Assembly (NCBI GenBank): GCA_964016885.1
Contig: OZ024742.1
Span: 374,480,001 to 374,544,000, forward strand
Length of the DNA: 64,000 nucleotides
Reading direction: 5' to 3'
Source of the DNA: Eledone cirrhosa
Taxonomy: Eukaryota
The notes beneath the pieces are model-generated. The model worked only from the letters and a program-made list of their open reading frames with translations. It did not search any database and was not told where the DNA came from. A program made the position numbers and the translations under genes. Below, in pieces: positions 23,608 through 34,855 of this stretch (the first letter of the stretch is position 1; every line of letters starts with the position of its first letter).

Positions 23608-24752
23608 TCATCATTTTATATCCGCTTTTCCCTGCTTGCAAGGGTGGGACGGGAACTGATTCTGACTTGATTTCTACAGCTGGATGCCCTTCCTAACACC
23701 AACCTCATTTACAGTGAGTGCTGGGTGCTTTTTTTCCGTGGCGCCTACACGTCCACATTACAGTGTGGTCTGGGTGTTTTTTTATTTTTTTTGCCGTGGC
23801 ACCTCCACGACCACTTTACAGTGGAATGATAGGGACCCCAGTCCCTATCATCTCATTTCTACAGCTGAGTAAACTGGAGTAAACATCGCATTGATCAGTC
23901 GGTCACTGGAAAATGCTGAGCGTCTTTTGAAGTCATTAGAGCAAGCGTCCAACCGTGTTGGACTGTACCTCAACGAATCCAAGACTGAGTGTGTGAACAG
24001 ATGCGCAAACAGCCCAAACTACCCCATCAGAACCCTTAATGGTACCACCCTTAAGCAGGTGGAAGATTACAAGTATCTTGGCTCATATATCTCCTCCTCC
24101 AAAAAAGATTTTCTGACCAGGAAGGGTATGGCATGGTCAGCGTGCAATGACATGCACGCCATATGGACATCTCAACTTACCAACAAGCTAAAACTGGAAA
24201 TATTCCAAGCAACCATTAAAAGCCCATATTACTTTATGGACACTAACATCACAACTTGGACACTAACATCACAACTTGGACACTAACATCACAACTTGAG
24301 AGGAGATTGGATGGCACATATACCCGCCTCTTAATGAGAGTGCAAAACCTATCCTGGAAACGACATCCCACCTTGTCTAAAATCTATGGCAAACTCCCTC
24401 GAGCCTCTGCCCTTCTAAAATCCCGGAGAGCTCAATTTGCTGGCCACTGTCACCGTGCCAGCAATGAAATCATATCCGCTCTCTTGCTCTGGAACCCTGA
24501 CTCCAGCCTGACTAGGAGTAGGAAGCTGTCATTCCCTGACGTTATCTCTAGGGATACGGGAATCAGCAGACAGGACCTGGGGGCAGCGATGGGGGACGGG
24601 GGATTCTGGGGCATGAGAGTGAGATCCATCATCTCGACAGTAGTCGACGAGTGATGATGATGAAACTGGAGCAATGTGAAATGAAGTGTCTTGCTCAAGG
24701 AAACAACACATTACCCGGTTTGAGAATTGTAAGCCCTAACCATGTGCCTCCA
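23608..24752 (-). mobile_element. CORE-like SINE split by a LINE insertion
   Basis: Tail and body at 23608-23879, head at 24663-24752. Confidence 0.85.
23880..24662 (+). mobile_element. 5'-truncated RTE-like LINE of a PHD-less family, with 9-bp TSD
   Basis: GLYLNESKTE, VEDYKYLGSYI, RAQFAGHC; (tga)n tail; TSD aaactggag at 23871-23879 and 24663-24671. Confidence 0.85.
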
Positions 24753-24764
24753 TATATCATATAT

Positions 24765-26796
24765 CATCATCATCATCAACGTTTAACGTCCGTGTTCCAC
24801 GCTTGCATGGGTTTGGACGGAGGTAGTCCCACTTGAGGCAAGAGTGATTGTCTTGCTCGCATAGGACTGTCTGGCAGGTTTTCTACAGTTGGATGCCCTT
24901 CCTAACACCAACCACATTTACAGTGTGGGTCTGGGAGGTTTTTACCGTGTTGCCTACACGGCCACATTACAGCGTGGACTGTGTGTTTTTTTGTCGTGAC
25001 ACCTACACGATCTCATTTGTTTCGGCCTCGATGGTGTGGCACCAACACAACTTTACATAGAACGGGGTGGCGTGGATGGGGGGGGGGGGGGTATTTTGTT
25101 AGAGATGCCTACTGGCTGTAGTAGGTTTTACTATGTATTTAGGTAAGGCGGGTCTTCTCTGTTACTGAGTACCGCCAAAGGTCTCGGTCCAGTGACATTG
25201 TCTTGGAGAGGTGTAAGTGTGTGATGTCGGAGTTTATCAGCTCGTCCCAGGTTTTTCTAGGTCTGCCTATTCCGTGGCTACCGTCTATCTTTATTGCCCT
25301 GCACTTTGTTATACAGCTATCGACTTTCATGCGCATCACGTGTCCATACCAACGTAGCCTTCTCTCGAGTAAACAACATCTGATCCCTCTTATTTCTAAT
25401 TTTTTCCTTAGTTCGTTTATGCTTTGCCGTTCACGTATATTACTGTTACACATCCAACGGAGCATGCAAGCTTCGTTCCTCTCTAGTCTGCGTATATCCT
25501 CTGCACACAATGCCCAGGTCTCACTGCCATGCAACATTGCTGTTCGTATGCAGGCATCGGACAACCTGCCTTTCATTTTTAGGGAGAACCCTTTAGCAGC
25601 TAATAGTGGTATAAGCTCTCTGAACTTTTTCCAACCAGTTCTGACTCTAGCTACTGTACTTTCAGAGCACCCTCCCCCACTGCTGATTTTATCACCCAGG
25701 TAACGGAAGCTGTCCACTATTTCTATAGAACCCTCTGCACAATTGAAAGAGCTAGTATTTTGTGGGCACTTGCTGCTACTTATTGCACCAGAGCACCGGC
25801 CACATGTAAAATCTATGTTCTTAGTTAGCTTACCTGTGATCCCACTACATCTTTTATGCACCCATACTTTGCATTTAGGACATAAAATGGAGTTTCTACC
25901 TACGCCTTTCCTACACACCGAGCACGACCATTTCCCTGAAGGGACCGCCGCCTTATTTTCTTTCCTACAAACTAGAACTTTAGTCTTAGCCAGGTTAATT
26001 TTAAGGCCTTTTGATTCTAGGCCGTGCTTCCATGTTTGGAATTTCTTCTCTAGCTCGGCCATTGATTCCGCTATGAGTGTCAGGTCGTCTGCGTATAGGA
26101 GTTCCCATGGGCAGCCGGTCTTGAACTCCTCTGTCATAGCCTGAAGGGCAATAATAAATAGTAGGGGGCTGAGAACAGAGCCCTGATGGACGCCAACTTT
26201 TACGCTAAACTCTTCACTATATTCGTTGTTAATTCTAACCTTGCTGACTGTTTCTTTATACATGGCTTGTATAGCTCTCACAAGCCATTCGTCAACGCCT
26301 AGTTTTCTAAGAGCCCACCAGATAATGGAGCGGGGGACTCTGTCGAAGGCTTTCTCCAAGTCGACAAAAGCTAAGTAGAGGGGTTTACCTTTAGCTAGGT
26401 ACTTCTCCTGTAGTTGTCGTACAATGAAAAGAGCGTCTGTGGTACTTTTGCCTGACACAAACCCGAACTGCATTTCATCTATGTCAATTCTCTCTCTGAT
26501 TAGTTGTGCTATTACTTTTTCCGTGACCTTCATGACCTGGTCGATTAATTTAATGCCTCTATAGTTACTCCTATCTAGGGCGTCTCCTTTACCCTTATAA
26601 CAGTTAAAGATGATGCTGCTATGCCAGTCCTTCGGAACAACCCCATTCTGTATGACTTGGTTTACTATCCGGGTGACCATGGTGTGTCCCACCGTGCCAG
26701 ATGCCTTCAGCATCTCAGCAACTATTTCCGAAGGCCCAGCCGCCTTACCCGTCTTCATATCCTTGATTGCCTTACTTATCATACTCCCCTCGACTA
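24765..26796 (-). mobile_element. RTE family A 3' half (open RT+PHD ORF 25139-26782)
   Basis: Near-identical to 6415-8456; ends at the TA flanking the transposon TIR. Confidence 0.92.
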
Positions 26797-28050
26797 GAGG
26801 GTGCGGACGATATTTGTTCGCAATATTACTGTCTAGGAAAAAATAACACAGTAGTTTTATTTTTTAAGATATATTTATCAAACTTGGGTCAGTTTGTCTT
26901 CATGACTTGTTCTTTCGATCTCACTTGATAAACCCGCCATTGGCTTTGATGATGGCCTCAAGGCGGCCTTGGAAGCGGCTACAGGCCTTCGTCACTGTCC
27001 CCCGACTTAGGCCCCTAAAGGCACTTGTAATCCTGGCCTTCAGATCATCTTTCGTATTGCAGCTAGATCTGTTAGTGTCTCGTTCCACTGCACCCCACCC
27101 AAAGAAGTCAAGGGGGTTGCAGTCAGGTGAGGTGTGGTTGACGAAGTTCTCTGACAGCCAGGCTTGGGTCTTTCGGTTGGTATGGCAGGGCGCTGAGTCT
27201 TGCTGCCACACGTACGGCCTACCTGCAGCTACCTGGTCGATCCAGGGCTTTACTACCTCGCTCAGAACACGGATGTAGCCATTGGTGTTCAGCTTGAGGC
27301 CTTCAGGGTAGACGTGAGGTGGCATGACGTAACCTTGACTGCTGATGACACCTAACACCAATGTTGTCGCTGGAAACTTTGTCTGCATGACTCTGGGCAC
27401 GTCTTTGGATGAGACAGCGAGCCACCTGTTGTTCTGGGAGTTGATCTTCTGGTCTTGGCAGAAAAACCACAGCATGTCTGGCTCCAGTGGGTGTTTCAAC
27501 TTGTTGATTAGCTTATTTGCGTGCTTCAGTCGCTTTTCTTGCATCGCCTTTGACAGAAATTGTCCTTTCCTCATCTTGTATGAAACGTAGCGAATGTCTT
27601 CATGTACCACCAGCCTAATGAGCTTTTCATCCACGCCTTTCTCCCTTGCAATGGCACGCATCAACTTGCTAGGTTTATTGTTGATGATATCCTGAACTTC
27701 AGCGACGAACTCGAGCGGTCTAAAAGTGTCAGATCGTCGATCATGTGTTTTCCTCTCTGATGTTGCTTCGTAGTCGAATCCTGAATCTTCCAATTCCTTT
27801 CTGACCCTTTCCACCATTCTCCTGTTGACGCTGAGAAAGTCTGAAATTTCCTTATTTGTCCTCCCGGCACAGATTCCAAGAAGAACTCCGTGTTTCTTCC
27901 ACAAATTTGGAGGTTCAAAATTATTCATAATCAATTATTCTGAAAATAAATAATGGAAATATAGTCACTGTTTTTATGAAGACAAGAGTGACAACAGAAG
28001 TTAAAAAAATTAGCAGTTGAAAATTGCAAACAAATATCGTCCACACCCTG
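26797..28050 (-). mobile_element. Tc1/mariner superfamily DNA transposon (maT/DD37D-like)
   Basis: TIRs gagggtgcggacgatatttgttcgcaat / attgcaaacaaatatcgtccacaccctg, flanked by TA on both sides. Confidence 0.9.
26921..27934 (-). pseudogene. Transposase, open frame but apparently lacking the first catalytic Asp motif
   Basis: N-terminal HTH, WQQDSAPCH, SPDCNPLDF. WFF runs directly into CQDQK with no SDEK motif. Confidence 0.75.
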
Positions 28051-28070
28051 TATATATATACACTGTATAT

Positions 28071-28390
28071 GTATACACTGAGGATGAAAAACTCAGAGCT
28101 GTATGGGAGCATCCCAAAAGTCAGCTCAAAAGTGACACAGAGAAGACTGAGGTTGGCTGGACATGCTCACCGACATCCAGAGTTGACATTGCACTCAGTG
28201 CTCCTTTGGGAGCCCCTACATGGACACACTAGAAGAGGAAGACCAAGGTTAACATATGTTGATGCCCTAAGGACAGACACTGGTCTGTTGGAGATGCAGG
28301 ATATGGCAGCGATAATGAGGGACAGAGACCGCTGGAGAGAACTCGTCCATGGATCTCGGGAATTTTACCCGCCTTAGATAGATAGATATA
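28071..28390 (+). mobile_element. RTE-like family D 3' fragment
   Basis: RRLRLAGHAHRH, GRPRLTYVD; (taga)n tail; matches 32244-32560. Confidence 0.85.
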
Positions 28391-28403
28391 TATATATATA
28401 TTA

Positions 28404-29510
28404 TGGGAAATGGCCTTGCTCAGTATGTAGGAAAGGTGTAGGTAGGAACTCCATTCTCTGCCCCAAATGCAAACAATGGGTACACAAGAGATGTAGCGGG
28501 ATCTCAGGAAGCTTAATTAAGAATGTAGGCTTCACATGTAGCAGCTGTGCTTGGACAGCAAGCAAACAGCCACAGGAACCAAGTACCACCAATCTTTGGG
28601 AGGGCCCTGTAGAAACAGTAGACAGCTTCTGCTACCTAGGTGACCGAATTAGCAACGGAGGTGGGTGCTCAGAAAGTACAATAACTAGGGTAAGAACGGG
28701 ATGGAAGAAGTTTAGGGAACTACTACCACTGCTAGCTGCAAAAGGCTTCTCCCTCAGAATGAAAGGCAGACTGTATGATGCGTGTATCCGAACAGCGATG
28801 TTGCATGGTAGTGAGACCTGGGCGCTGAAGGTGGAAGACTTACGTAGATTAGAGAGAAACGAAGCCTGCATGCTCCGATGGATGTGTAACAGTAATATAC
28901 GTGAACGACAAAGCATAAAGGAATTGAGAGAGAGACTGAGCATAAGAGGAATCAAATGCTGCGTGCAGCAGAGGCGGTTACGCTGGTATGGACATGTGAT
29001 GCGTATGAAGGATGACAGCTGCATAAAAAGGTGCAGAGCACTAGAAGTTGATGGAAACCGCGGAGTGGGGAGACCCAAGATGACTTGGGATGAGGTGATA
29101 AAAGCCGACCTTACCCAACTACACCTCTCAAAGTCAATGACACACGACCGTGACTTCTGGCGTCACGCAGTAATACAGGGTACCCGACCTCCCATGGGTA
29201 CATGCTGAAGCATATAAACAATATGCTCCCCCCCCCCCCCCCCCGCAAGGTGGTCGTGGAGGTGCCACGGCAAAAAAAGCACCCAGCCCACACTGTAAAG
29301 TGGACGTGTAGGCGCCACGAAAAAGCACCCAGCACTCACTGTAAATGAGGTTGGTGTTAGGAAGGGCATCCAGCTGTAGAAATCAAGCCAGATCAGTTCC
29401 TGTATGAGCAAGGCATGGTCAGCCGACCAGACACTGCCCACAACAGGACAACTCGTCTAACCCATGCTAGCGTGGAAGAACGGACGTAAAACGATGATGA
29501 TGATGATGAT
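28404..29510 (+). mobile_element. RTE family C 3' fragment
   Basis: Near-identical inverted copy of 15649-16738. Confidence 0.9.
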
Positions 29511-29511
29511 A

Positions 29512-30409
29512 TCTGTATATATATAAATTAAGTATGTGTGTGTGTCTGTGTATTACCTATAGGGGCCTACATCTTATGACCGATTTTCATGAAACTTTAC
29601 AGGCTCATATATTAGTCATCGGGGAGTGTTTTCTATATATCAGTGTATCGTTTTTTTTATTCCGGGGTCATTCTGCAGATAAAAATCAATAGTGGGGTCA
29701 CCATTTTTTGGGTATCGAAAAGTAAGATTTTTGGCTCTAGCTCCCTCATTTTGCCACTGATTTCGTTCAAATTTTAAAGCAAAATAGAATTTATCTTTGC
29801 ACATCCTGTATTGGCTTTATATTTTGCATTTGTCGTTCAGGGACGGCGTGGCAGCCGCTTAAATATTCAAAAACACCACTTTTAGACTCAAATTTTCCCT
29901 TTTTCGGCTCTAGCTCCCACATTAATCAACCTACTTTGTTCAAATTTTACACTACGCTAGATCTGATTATTTCACGTCTTAAAGTAGCTTTACATTTTGG
30001 ATTTGTTGTTCAGGAACGGCGTGGCAGCCGCTTAAATATTCGAAAATAACACATTTTCGCTCAGATTTTCAGCTCTAGCTCCCACATTTTTCAACCGATT
30101 TCGTTCAAATTCACACATAAATCAATTTATTTGGTTCAATTTTTATACTACGATAGAACCCATCATTGCACATCTTATAGTAAGCTTTACACTTTGCATT
30201 TTTTGTTCAGTGATGGCGTGGCAGCCGTTTAACTCTTCAAAATATGATTTTTCCACCTGCCACATACTCCATACGATTTCACTCAACATTTCGCCATTTG
30301 CTACACCTTACGACCGATTTTCAAGAAACTCGCAGTCGCTAAGATCAACAGCTTTTCATCAAAGCAGATATTATTTTACCTACCCAGGCAATGCTGGGTA
30401 CTGCTGCTA

Positions 30410-30410
<1 letters not shown>
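29512..30410 (+). mobile_element. Non-autonomous Helitron
   Basis: A^TC 5' end, subterminal hairpin tacccaggcaatgctgggta, CTAG^T 3' end, and three internal ~180-bp imperfect repeats. Confidence 0.75.
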
Positions 30411-30449
<39 letters not shown>

Positions 30450-30464
<15 letters not shown>

Positions 30465-31220
30465 TGAGGATGTCTGTCTGTGTGTGTATGAGTTTGAATC
30501 CCTAAAACTCGAGAACCACCCAACTGACTGTTTTCAAACTTTACACATGTAATACTTATGTCTCGGGAGTGTTCTGAGCAAAAAAAAATTCAAATTTTCA
30601 ATGCCCTAGGGACCGCATTAGGCGATTTAGCGATCTCTCTCTATAATTCTTAGTCTTTCTCTTTTTAGATAGATACATACATATAATGTTGCGCCCTTAT
30701 AATATCTGTCTGTATGTCTGGCTGTCTGCATTACATCACTTCCCTGAGGATGTCTGTGTGTGTGTCTGTGAGTTTGAATCCTTAAAACTCGAGAAGTACC
30801 CAACCGACTGTTTTCAAACTTTACATGTGTATTACTTATGTTTCAGGGAGTGTTATGCACATAAAAAATTCAACTATTTGATCCCCTAGGGCTTGCATTA
30901 GTTGAAAAACTGCGTTTTTTTTCAGCTTTTTAGGGCTTTTTTGAGGCATTACGTCTAGCCAATTTTCCCGAAATTTCAACGCATATTATGCACATAAAAA
31001 AAATTAATTTTCTTGATCCCCTAGGGCCCGCATTAGGTGAAAAGCTGCATTTTTCCTGCTTCATTGAGGAAAATCTTAAAGATTAACCAACCAGCCATCA
31101 GAGTATTCGATTTATTTTCTTTACATATTGTCCAGGCATGCAGTTTTTCCATGATTAGGTCTGTTGGTGGCCCGCGTTCCAAAATACCTTATCCCGTGCA
31201 ACGCCGAGTACCACTGCTAA
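30450..31220 (+). mobile_element. Non-autonomous Helitron-like element with internal duplications
   Basis: tatataaaactgaggatgtctgtctg start (repeated at ~30744), 3' hairpin cccgtgcaacgccgag, and ctaa end. Confidence 0.6.
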
Positions 31221-31229
31221 TATATATAT

Positions 31230-31572
31230 GGAGGCACATGGCTTAGTGGTTAGAGCATTGGCCTTGCAATCGAAAGGTTGTGAGTTCAATTCTCAGACCG
31301 GGTGGTGTGTTGTTTCCTTGAGCAAGACACTTTATTTCACATTGCTCCAGTTTACTCAGCTGTAGAAATGAGATGATAGGGACTGAGGTCCTTATCATTC
31401 CACTGCAAAGTGGTCGTGTAGGTGCCACGGCAAAAAAGCACCCAGCACTCACTGTAAATGAGGTTGGTGTTAGGAAGGGCATCCAGCTGTAGAAATCAAG
31501 CCAGAATCAGTTCCCGTCCCACCCTTGCAAGCAGGGAAAAGTGGACGTAAAATGAAATGATGATGATGATGA

Positions 31573-31575
<3 letters not shown>
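31230..31575 (+). mobile_element. Full tRNA-derived CORE-like SINE with RTE tail
   Basis: A box tggcttagtgg, B box gagttcaattc, CORE-like ccttgagcaagacactt, RTE 3' stem-loop, and (tga)n tail. Confidence 0.85.
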
Positions 31576-31616
<41 letters not shown>

Positions 31617-31914
31617 TGTGTGAAACACAAATTTAAATTTTTAAGACCAACACAATGCGTTATAAAGAATGTTAAATTGCCAAGATAACAAAAGAATCTT
31701 ACCTTAGCAAATTTAATGATCCCAAATATTTTTTAACAAATAACAAACCCATTATCAACGGAGTGACCCTATAAGAGACTTAAAAGCAGATGGGATAAAC
31801 TTGTTTCTATAGGAGCAAATTTATAACCCATGCTAGCGTGGAAGAACGGACGTAAAACGGTGATGATGATGATATATATATAGATAGATTTGATATATAT
31901 ATAGATATATATCT

Positions 31915-32565
31915 GGTAGAGAATGTTGAGAAGCCAGAGGGGATCACTAATGTAGGCGGGAAGCCGCTAGAATTGGTTGAGGGCTTCCTGTATTTGGGAG
32001 CAAAGATTGGGAATATGGAAGATGATGTGGTTGAGAGGAAGAGCAAAGCCTGGGCGGCGTGCCACAGCTTGAGATCGGTGTGGAAGTCAGACCTTCGTAA
32101 AGACCTGAAAATCCGCCTCTTCGTTGCTGTAGTGGAGTCTGTGCTGCTGTACGGGTCTGAGACTTGGACACTGACCAAGAAACTCACTCAGATGGTGGAT
32201 GGGTGCTACACGAGAATGCTGAGGATGGCTCTGAACATTAATCAGTATACACTGAGGATGAAAAAACTCAGAGCTGTATGGGAGCCTCCCAAAAGTCAGC
32301 TCAAAAGTGACACAGAGGAGACTGAGGTTAGCTGGACATGCTCACCGACATCCAGAGTTGACATTGCACTCAGTGCTCCTGTGGGAGCCCCTACATGGAC
32401 ACACTGGAAGAGGAAGACCAAGGTTAACGTATGTTGATGCCCTAAGGACAGATACTGGTCAGTTGGAGACGCAGGACATAGCACGCAATAATGAGGGACA
32501 GACCGCTGGAGAGAACTCGTCCATGGATCTCGGGAATTTTACCCGCCGTAGATAGATATAGATAT
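31915..32565 (+). pseudogene. RTE-like family D 3' fragment
   Basis: FLYLGAKI, LLYGSETWTLT, RLRLAGH; frameshifted; (taga) tail. Confidence 0.85.
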
Positions 32566-32764
32566 AAGTTAAAAGAATGAAATAAAAAATCAAGTCATTA
32601 GAGATATACTTTACTGCTTTACGATCGTTTCTAGATGATGATAATACATTGTAGCTATACTTCGTTATTGATCTATGTAAGGTTAGTTACAAAATATCAG
32701 ATAAAGAGAATATTTACTTACATGCATATCACCAGCTGTTTTCAAAAGCAAATATATATAGATA

Positions 32765-33436
32765 TGTGGTTGGTGTTAGGAAGGGCATCCAGCCATAGAA
32801 AACCTGCTAGATACATTCCTCAACAAGCTAGACACGGTCACCCGATCAATCTTGCCTCTTGCGGGCCAATTCCCGTCTAGCCCATGCCATCGTGGAAGAT
32901 AGACGTTAAACGATGATGATGATGATATGATATATCATTTTCATTTCATTTTACGTCCGCTTTTCCCTGCTTGCAAGGGTGTGACGGGAACTGATTCTGG
33001 CTTGATTTCTACAGCTGGATGCCCTTCCTAACACCAACCTCATTTACAGTGAGTGCTGGGTGCTTTTTTTCCGTGACACCTACACGTCTACATTACAGTG
33101 GGATGGGGTGGGGGTATATTGTCTATATGCTTCAGCTTCAGCTTGTTCCTGTGGGAAGTCGGGTCTTCTGTATTACTGAGTGATGCCAGAGGTCACGATT
33201 CTGTGTCATGACCGTTGAGAGGTGCAATTGGGCAAGGTCAGCTTTAATCACCTCATCCCAGGTCTTCTTGGGTCTCCCCACTCCACGGCTTCTATCAACT
33301 TTAAGTGCTCTGCACCTTTTTATGCAGCTGTCATCCTTCATACGCATCACATGTCCATACCAACGCAACCTCCTCTCCTGCACACAGCATTTGATTCCTC
33401 TTATGCTCAGTCTCTCTCTCAATTTGTTTATGCTTT
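32765..33436. mobile_element. Cluster of RTE/SINE 3' fragments (+ tail 32765-32925; - tail and family C-like ORF end 32935-33436)
   Basis: Shared ggttggtgttaggaagggcatcca motif; ORF 33138-33422 RLRWYGHV..GRPKKTW. Confidence 0.75.
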
Positions 33437-33459
33437 ATATATATGTGATATATATATAT

Positions 33460-33825
33460 GTTTCTTTATTAGCCACAGGGGCACAAAAGAAGGGGACAGA
33501 TACAAAGGGGGAAGTTTACATACAATAAAAACGTGTAAAATGTTATCACAAATGCAATTTAAAAAGTTAGTCGATTTTCCCCAATAGGGGGAGACAGTTT
33601 ATATGGGTAACACATACCCCCGAAAAAATGTGCAACCCTCATCTCCAGGAGTACGAAGAGTTTGTACTCCTTTCCTCTCCTCCTCCTTTTCCTCAACCTA
33701 CAGGCTGATATAGAGAGAAGGCCCATTCACTCGGGCCATTCTCGCCACTTTCACCCACCTTTCATAAAACTTGCTGGGGTACAGCACCTCTCTCTCCATC
33801 CTGATTCTTCTTCCAAAGTGGTGAT
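33460..33825 (-). mobile_element. Possible L1/Tx1-like LINE 3' end
   Basis: Short ORF end RIRMEREVL..FYERWVKV followed by a T-rich UTR and taataaag; flanked by (TA)n. Confidence 0.3.
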
Positions 33826-33868
33826 ATATATATATAGATAGATAGATATGATATATATATATATATAT

Positions 33869-34282
33869 GGTGGCACATGGCTTAGTGGTTAAAGCATTGG
33901 GCTTGCAATCGAAAGGTGATGTGTTGTTTCTTTGAGCAAGACACTTTATTTCACATTGCTCCAGTTTACTCAGCTGTAGAAATGAGATGATAGGACTGGG
34001 GTCCCTATCATTCCACTGCAAACTGGAATGATAGGGACTGGGGTCCCTCTCATTCCACTGCAAAGTGGTCGTGGAGGTGCCACGGAAAAAAAAAAAAAGC
34101 ACCCAGCCCACACTGTAAAGTGGACGTGTAGGCGCCACGGAAAAAAAGCACCCAGCACTCACTGTAAATGAGGTTGGTGTTAGGAAGGGCATCCAGCTGT
34201 AGAAATCAAGCCAGAATCAGTTCCCGTCCCACCCTTGCAAGCAGGGAAAAGCAGACATAAAATGATATGATGATGATGATAT
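33869..34282 (+). mobile_element. CORE-like SINE with internal duplication
   Basis: Same family as 31230. The B box is deleted and gatagggactggggtccct..cattccactgcaaa is duplicated. Confidence 0.8.
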
Positions 34283-34570
34283 ATATATATATAATTGGTG
34301 TGGGATGCTTAAAGCATCCATATGCAGTATGCTGTTTGAACACTCGATGATCTTACAGAGCAGAGTATAATATCACATAAGAAATGATCTTTCAAAGCAG
34401 AGTTTCAAAATCTGCTTTGAAAGATCGAGACGTATCTGAGGATCTCGCGATTTCAGAGTCAGGTTCGATCATGCCTCGAGCTGGTCGCCAGAGAAACGAT
34501 TGTAATATGTCTAATAAATCTTATTCGTAGCACCAGATTCTCTGTTTCTTATGTGATATATATATATATA

Positions 34571-34855
34571 TACGTGAACGGCAAAGCATAAACGAACTAA
34601 GGGAGAAATTAGGAATAAGAGGGATCAGATGTTGTTTACTCGAGAGAAGACTACGTTGGTATGGTCACGTGATGCGCATGAAAGACGACAGCTGTATAAA
34701 AAAGTGCAGGGCGATAAAAATAGACGGTAGCCACGGAGTAGGCAGACCCAGAAAAACCTGGGACGACTTGATAAATTCCAACCTCACACACTTACACCTC
34801 TCCAAGACAATGTCACTGGACCTAGATCTTTGGCGCTACACAGTAATACAGAACA
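34571..34855 (+). mobile_element. RTE family A-related ORF C-terminal fragment
   Basis: MRMKDDSCIKKC..GRPRKTW. Confidence 0.85.

Noticed and set aside
31230-31305. tRNA gene
   Set aside because: It is the tRNA-derived head of a multi-copy SINE, continuous with the CORE-like body and RTE tail.
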